This document shows positions 57,775 through 64,000 of a stretch of DNA of 64,000 bases, in pieces; the stretch's first letter is position 1; every line of letters begins with the position of its first letter. The stretch comes from Octopus vulgaris (lineage: Eukaryota). Both the position numbers and the translations under genes were made by a program. Below the pieces are notes generated by a model. The model was not told the origin of the DNA, ran no database searches, and saw only the letters and a list, made by a program, of their open reading frames with translations. Where the stretch lies: contig OX597819.1 in assembly GCA_951406725.2 (NCBI GenBank), forward strand, positions 127,410,001 to 127,474,000. The letters are read 5' to 3'.

Positions 57775-59009
57775 GTATATATATACATATGTGTGTTCGT
57801 GAGTGTGTGTGTATGTATGTATGTATATATGTGTGTGCGTGCGTGCGCGTGTGTGTGTATTCTTTTCTTCTTTTATGCATTTCAGCCCAAGGGTGTAGCG
57901 CCATGTTGGGGCGCCGCGAGTGTTATCCCCTTTTCAGTGGCCATTCTTATGCGATTGGTTTATAGTGAAGGAGGGAGTTCGAGACTGCTGTCTTCTTTTG
58001 AGATTCTTTCTGTGATATAGGTCCACCTGGGATGTTTGACGGCAGGAGGTTAAGTTGTTTCTAGGAAAAATCAATCCATATTCTGTGTAGAACTCTCAGA
58101 TGTTTTAGAAAGGTATTAGATGGCCGTGAGTCCTTGGATCCCAAGCTATTGAAGTACATAGTCCTGACACTAGATGCGATGACAGGGGCTTTTGGAACAG
58201 TGCAGTGACATCCGGTTCGGGGTCGAGTATAGCTCTCGATGCCGAAGTTTGGTGCCAATCTTCCCAGGACCTTCTACACGTATATCACTGCATTTCTCTT
58301 ATATTTCTTTTCAGGGATCTTTTCGCTTTGACCGGCAGATTTTTAAAATAATTTCTTTGTAACTAAACACTTTTAAACTTCGTATACTAGTAGAATGTGT
58401 TACATAAAACATCTTTTTCTCTTGGCTTTCTTGGAAAAATTCTGTAGTTTGTAAGCTATTTGTTGTTTAATTTCTTGCATTTCAGCAATTTCAACCAATC
58501 AAGGACGACTATTGAAGTGAATACAATTTCTCCAGATCTTTTCAGATTTACCGAGTTTAAATTAGAAAACAAAATGTACATTGTTTTTGTTTAATTTCGT
58601 ATATTTAGTCTTGGCATATTGTCATAGTCTCCATTATAGAATGAGTATTAAAAATATTTCTTCTTTTAGATATTTTTTTTTTAGTTTGTCTATGTACATC
58701 CAAAATATAGGGACACAGAAAGCCTCCGAAGCAAACATACTAATGGCCAGGAAGAATGGGGTAAATTTAAATGCAAAAATTATAAGCTGACAAGGAAATT
58801 TTGCACCAAAATGCTGGCACTTAAGGATAAATATATAACTTTTCTGATGAAAGTGTTACTGATGAAAGCGTTTCAAGAAATACGCTTGCTATAAACACGA
58901 GAGTGGTTCGAACTGGCGAGATGTTAGTTTATATGAGAACTAATGGGTTTTTTGTGGACACTATCGTCTGCAACTACTAACGCGCGTGCGCACATTTCTC
59001 GCCGCATAT

Positions 59010-59320
<311 letters not shown>

Positions 59321-59883
59321 TGAAATAAGATTTGCGGGTACTGCTTCTCAAAGAAAGATTTAAATAAGGTCCAGCCAGAAAAAAATGACAGCAGTTTATC
59401 ACAAAAGGGAGTATTCTTGCTTGAGCAATTACCCAAGAAAGGACTTGGGGAAAACAATATATTTCTACTTCAGAAAGAGCAATGAAGAGCTTTCAGTGTC
59501 CCCTCAAAATTTCCCTGTTAAACAGCAGAATGGTACTGGTATTTACCAGTACGCTTATATTTCCTTTGCTTTTCACATGACTAATTGTCGAAAGAAAAGA
59601 ATGGAGTGATTTTTCATTAGAGCCCATGTATGTGGTGCCCTTCGCGGCCCTAGTGTAAAATAAAGCAGCAACACATACGATATACAGCAGGAGTTTATAA
59701 GAGAAAACGGGATGGATAACAATTAATATATGAAGCCTCGTAACAAACCAGGAAGATTTACATCACAAGAAGCACATCAGACACCAAACCTGCTGAAAAT
59801 TACATAACCCTCAAAAAGAGGATTATATAAATCAAATACGTACTTAGAATGGAACAGAACACAATATCAAACCATAAATTAAC

Positions 59884-60570
<687 letters not shown>

Positions 60571-61237
60571 ATTATCATAATTGTGGGAGGCTTCAGATTC
60601 TCTTTCTTAGGAAGCACAAAGACAACAACTGAGTTCAGGGTGGTGGTCACTACTCACCAATCTGCCAGATCTTATTGCAGTAGGTTGTAAAAGAAATCCT
60701 TGGTAACCTCTCCGTGATATAACAGTTTGATAGGGATCTTGCCAGCCCCTACTGATATGAAGTCTTGCAGTCATCTTGCTGCAGCTAATGACTCTAGACC
60801 TCTGTTGAACTAGAAGCTGAAGTGGTGGAATCTATCTTTCCATTAACTTTTCCTTCAGAAATTTCTGATGTATGCACACATGCACATACAACTAGATGTT
60901 CATACACAAAATATGTAAATATATATTTTATGCACACAACCACTTGTGGGGTTTATTTTTCTCTCCAAATGAACAAATTTATTCTGCTACATTCGTCTCT
61001 CGACTCAGCGAAGTTTATTCACCTTTATATAAACACAGCTTTTTTTTTTTTTTTTTGTTAAAAGGGAATATTAAAGGGTTTTGATGTGATAGTAATACAT
61101 TCTTATTTTTATTATTGCTATAAGCGAAAGAAGTTAGCTTCAACTGAGGATCGAAAGCGAATCACTGATTCCATTCAACAACATCTTGATGTACCGCACA
61201 ACCCAAACCAAATTAATATCAAAATAAGTATTCTTGA

Positions 61238-61350
<113 letters not shown>

Positions 61351-61379
61351 CATATATATATACATACATACATACATAT

Positions 61380-61459
<80 letters not shown>

Positions 61460-62396
61460 GTGTGTTGTGTGTGTGTGTGTGTGTGTGTGTGTACATATAT
61501 ATACACACACATACATATATATGAAGATTATGAGATTTGAATATTTTATTTCGTCTACTTACAACGTAATTTTTTTAATAATTTGTGAGACCGTACTTGC
61601 AAATAATTAATATACTTTTTATTTGAAGACACTTAAAAAAATACAAATATAAGCTCATCGTAAACTTTAGATATATCTCTTAGTAGATGGAAGCATCTAA
61701 GCGAGTACAACATTCACGGTTTAATGATTTTTAGAATCAATCATACGAATCAGTAGAAAAAAAAAACACACAAACAACTATAAAAGAAACAAACATTGAA
61801 AATAAATATGAAAAAAAAAATGTAAATATGCTTCATAGAAAGATGGGAATTAAAGTCGGAAATAAGCAATACTCTTTAGAAAATTTGCACTTCGTGTTGA
61901 AATCAATTTAATATCGATTTCAAAAATATATGTATGCGCATATATATATATATATATATTATATATATGTATATATAAATATATATATATATGGATATTT
62001 GTAAATATGTATGTTTGTATATATACTTATATATATATGCGTGTGTGTGTTTTTGTGTGTATATGTATGTATACATACATGCACACACGCGCTCGCTCGC
62101 TCACACACACACTTTACACACCTGCGTGTTTATGTGTGTGCGCGTTGTGCATCATGCGTTTCTACAATTACTGTAGTCATACGAATATTGTTGCTACTGA
62201 TACACTTTGTGTTCGAATGGTCACCTGCACAGATTAAAATTAATAATGTTATTTGTCTAACGCTACAAATTTAGAGATGAGCCCATCTTTATAACAAGAG
62301 CAGCCCATGCAAATGTTTTTTGTTCCCGTTTAGAACCAAGTTAATTCGCGTTGAACAGAACGATAAGGATGAAGATGTGCTGCCAGTGCACTTTAA

Positions 62397-62617
62397 CCCT
62401 TTAGTGTTCAGATTATTCTGTTAAATGTAATACTTTTTCACTGAAATTGTTTTGAATTAATCATGCATTATCTTATAGCTTTGAGGTTTCAATGATGTGG
62501 TTATTTATTTTTAGAATGTCACTGTAGGTTAGGTGTGAGAGGCTAGATATCGCCAGTTTGAATATAAAACATGTGGAATATATTGGGCCGGATTTGGCCA
62601 GTTTAAACACTAATGGG
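62397..62617. mobile_element. piggyBac-type MITE
   Basis: TTAA|ccctttagtgtt ... aacactaatggg|TTAA. Confidence 0.8.
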
Positions 62618-62889
62618 TTAAGCCTTAGTCTATAATAGAACGGACTTAGAACTACGCTATCAAATGTACCCTTTTTACAAGGATTTAAAGGAGACTCGGT
62701 TGGTTTTTAATAGATCGAGTGACCATTTAAATGGGTTCCTCGTTGGCTTCATGAAAAGCGGTCGAATTTATAGAAATTGATATTTATAGGAGTATAACAA
62801 TGATTTCCATCATCGCGGATATCCATGACATTGTATTTCACTGTTATTGGGTTTTGTGATTGTATTTTTTCGCCAGATAGCTAATATAT

Positions 62890-63068
62890 TCATATCCATG
62901 TCGGAGAATCCATGGGTTTGTACCACACGAGATTATCCTTAGCGAACAATCTTTCGTACAGTGTAGAATCAGCGTCATTTGGACATTCACCAAACACTTG
63001 GAGGCAAAGTTTGATAGCGCCTATGTTGCCTGCTATGAGCTTTTCTGTATATCTTCCGGATAAAACAT
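62890..63068 (-). CDS. Candidate last coding exon of an unidentified host gene whose upstream exons lie beyond the window
   Basis: Acceptor tctgtctttgatttttcag|AT, then a non-repetitive open frame VLSGRYTEKLIAGNIGAIKLCLQVFGECPNDADSTLYERLFAKDNLVWYKPMDSPTWI* and AATACA motifs downstream. No family recognised. Confidence 0.45.
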
Positions 63069-63410
63069 CTGAAAAATCAAAGACAGAATGGCAGTGTTTA
63101 TGTAATTGTTGATATAAAAGAGAGAGACGCATGCGTTTTGTAGGGCTAGACACGACGATAAGCAAATAGGCAATATTCGACAACAAACCCACCTCCGTAC
63201 TTTGAGGTCAAGTTGTAAATAAGCAAATCTGAATTAAAACATTCTCTGTCGTCTCAGAAAGTGACACGTTAGATAATACGGTCTTATGCTCACTGCACTT
63301 AGAAAATGTCAGGAAGATCACAGCTGAAATAACTTTAATCGTAAGTTTGCGCCATCATAGCAGGCTCGGGGTTAAATAAGAATAGTAACGACCACAATAA
63401 CAGCAACAGC

Positions 63411-63795
63411 AGTGGATACGCAATGGCCCAGTGGTTAGGGCAGTGGACTCGCTGTCGGAGGATCGCGGTTTCGATTCCCAGACCGGGCGTTTTGTGTGTT
63501 TATTGAGCGAAAACACCTAAAGCTCCACGACGCTCCGGCAGGGGGTGGTGGTGACCCCTATTGTACTCTTTCGCTCCAACTTTCTCTCACTCTTTCTTCC
63601 TGTTTCTTGCCCCCGACTTCCTACGCAACCGCTGAGCCTGGATGCGCATTCACCCATCCGTCGATGCTCTCGGTGTCGGGGGTTGACCTGCTTTCTCTTC
63701 TGCGGGTCTTACGAATAGCCAAGGACCACGTTTCGGACTTCTCCTATCTTGCGAGCTCTGGGACGAAGACCGTTCGCTCAACAACAACAACAACA
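63411..63795 (+). mobile_element. SINE family A head with an alternative GC-rich tail ending in (CAA)n
   Basis: Follows the 3972 copy up to ...ttcctgtttct (63607), then diverges. Confidence 0.7.
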
Positions 63796-64000
63796 ACAGC
63801 AAGAGCAACAATAACAATCAATGAATATTTATAGTCATCTCTCTATTATTTGTAGTAGTAAAATTTACTCCAAATCACACCCTACAGTTTCAAAAGAGGA
63901 GAGGAAAGGCTACATTAGATAATTTAGTCCGAAACACTCATGAAAAGATCCCTAAAATGCTTGGAGGTCTTTGATTATCGGCCCGTTCAATTAGGTTACA

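Noticed and set aside
57880-58280. GC-richer segment, possibly a LINE fragment
   Set aside because: No diagnostic motif could be read in any frame.

Overview
This is AT-rich, microsatellite-saturated eukaryotic (animal) DNA. The repeat landscape looks like an octopus/cephalopod genome; that is inferred from recognising the repeats, not proven. Almost all listed ORFs are artefacts of (TA)n, (CA)n, (CATA)n, (GATA)n and trinucleotide repeats. Real coding signal is limited to transposon remnants (L1/Tx1-like RT, two Penelope-like lineages, mariner/Tc1, an RTE-like zinc-finger tail) and one candidate terminal host exon at 62890-63068 (-). Four tRNA-headed SINE families, a Helitron, a piggyBac-type MITE and a GG-ended MITE are present. 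The most striking signal is a set of unrelated, short, non-coding elements that carry minimal type I hammerhead ribozyme motifs with palindromic stem III. They are built as long fold-back inverted repeats and/or partial tandems, mostly inside (TA)n tracts. The best example is 46578-47364, with a 363-nt period, two identical hammerheads and a compensatory U3-A8 core. A tRNA-SINE/hammerhead hybrid with a fold-back lies at 59010-60570. These look like non-autonomous, Penelope-mobilised retrozyme-like elements. Coordinates were read by eye and element ends may be off by several bases.
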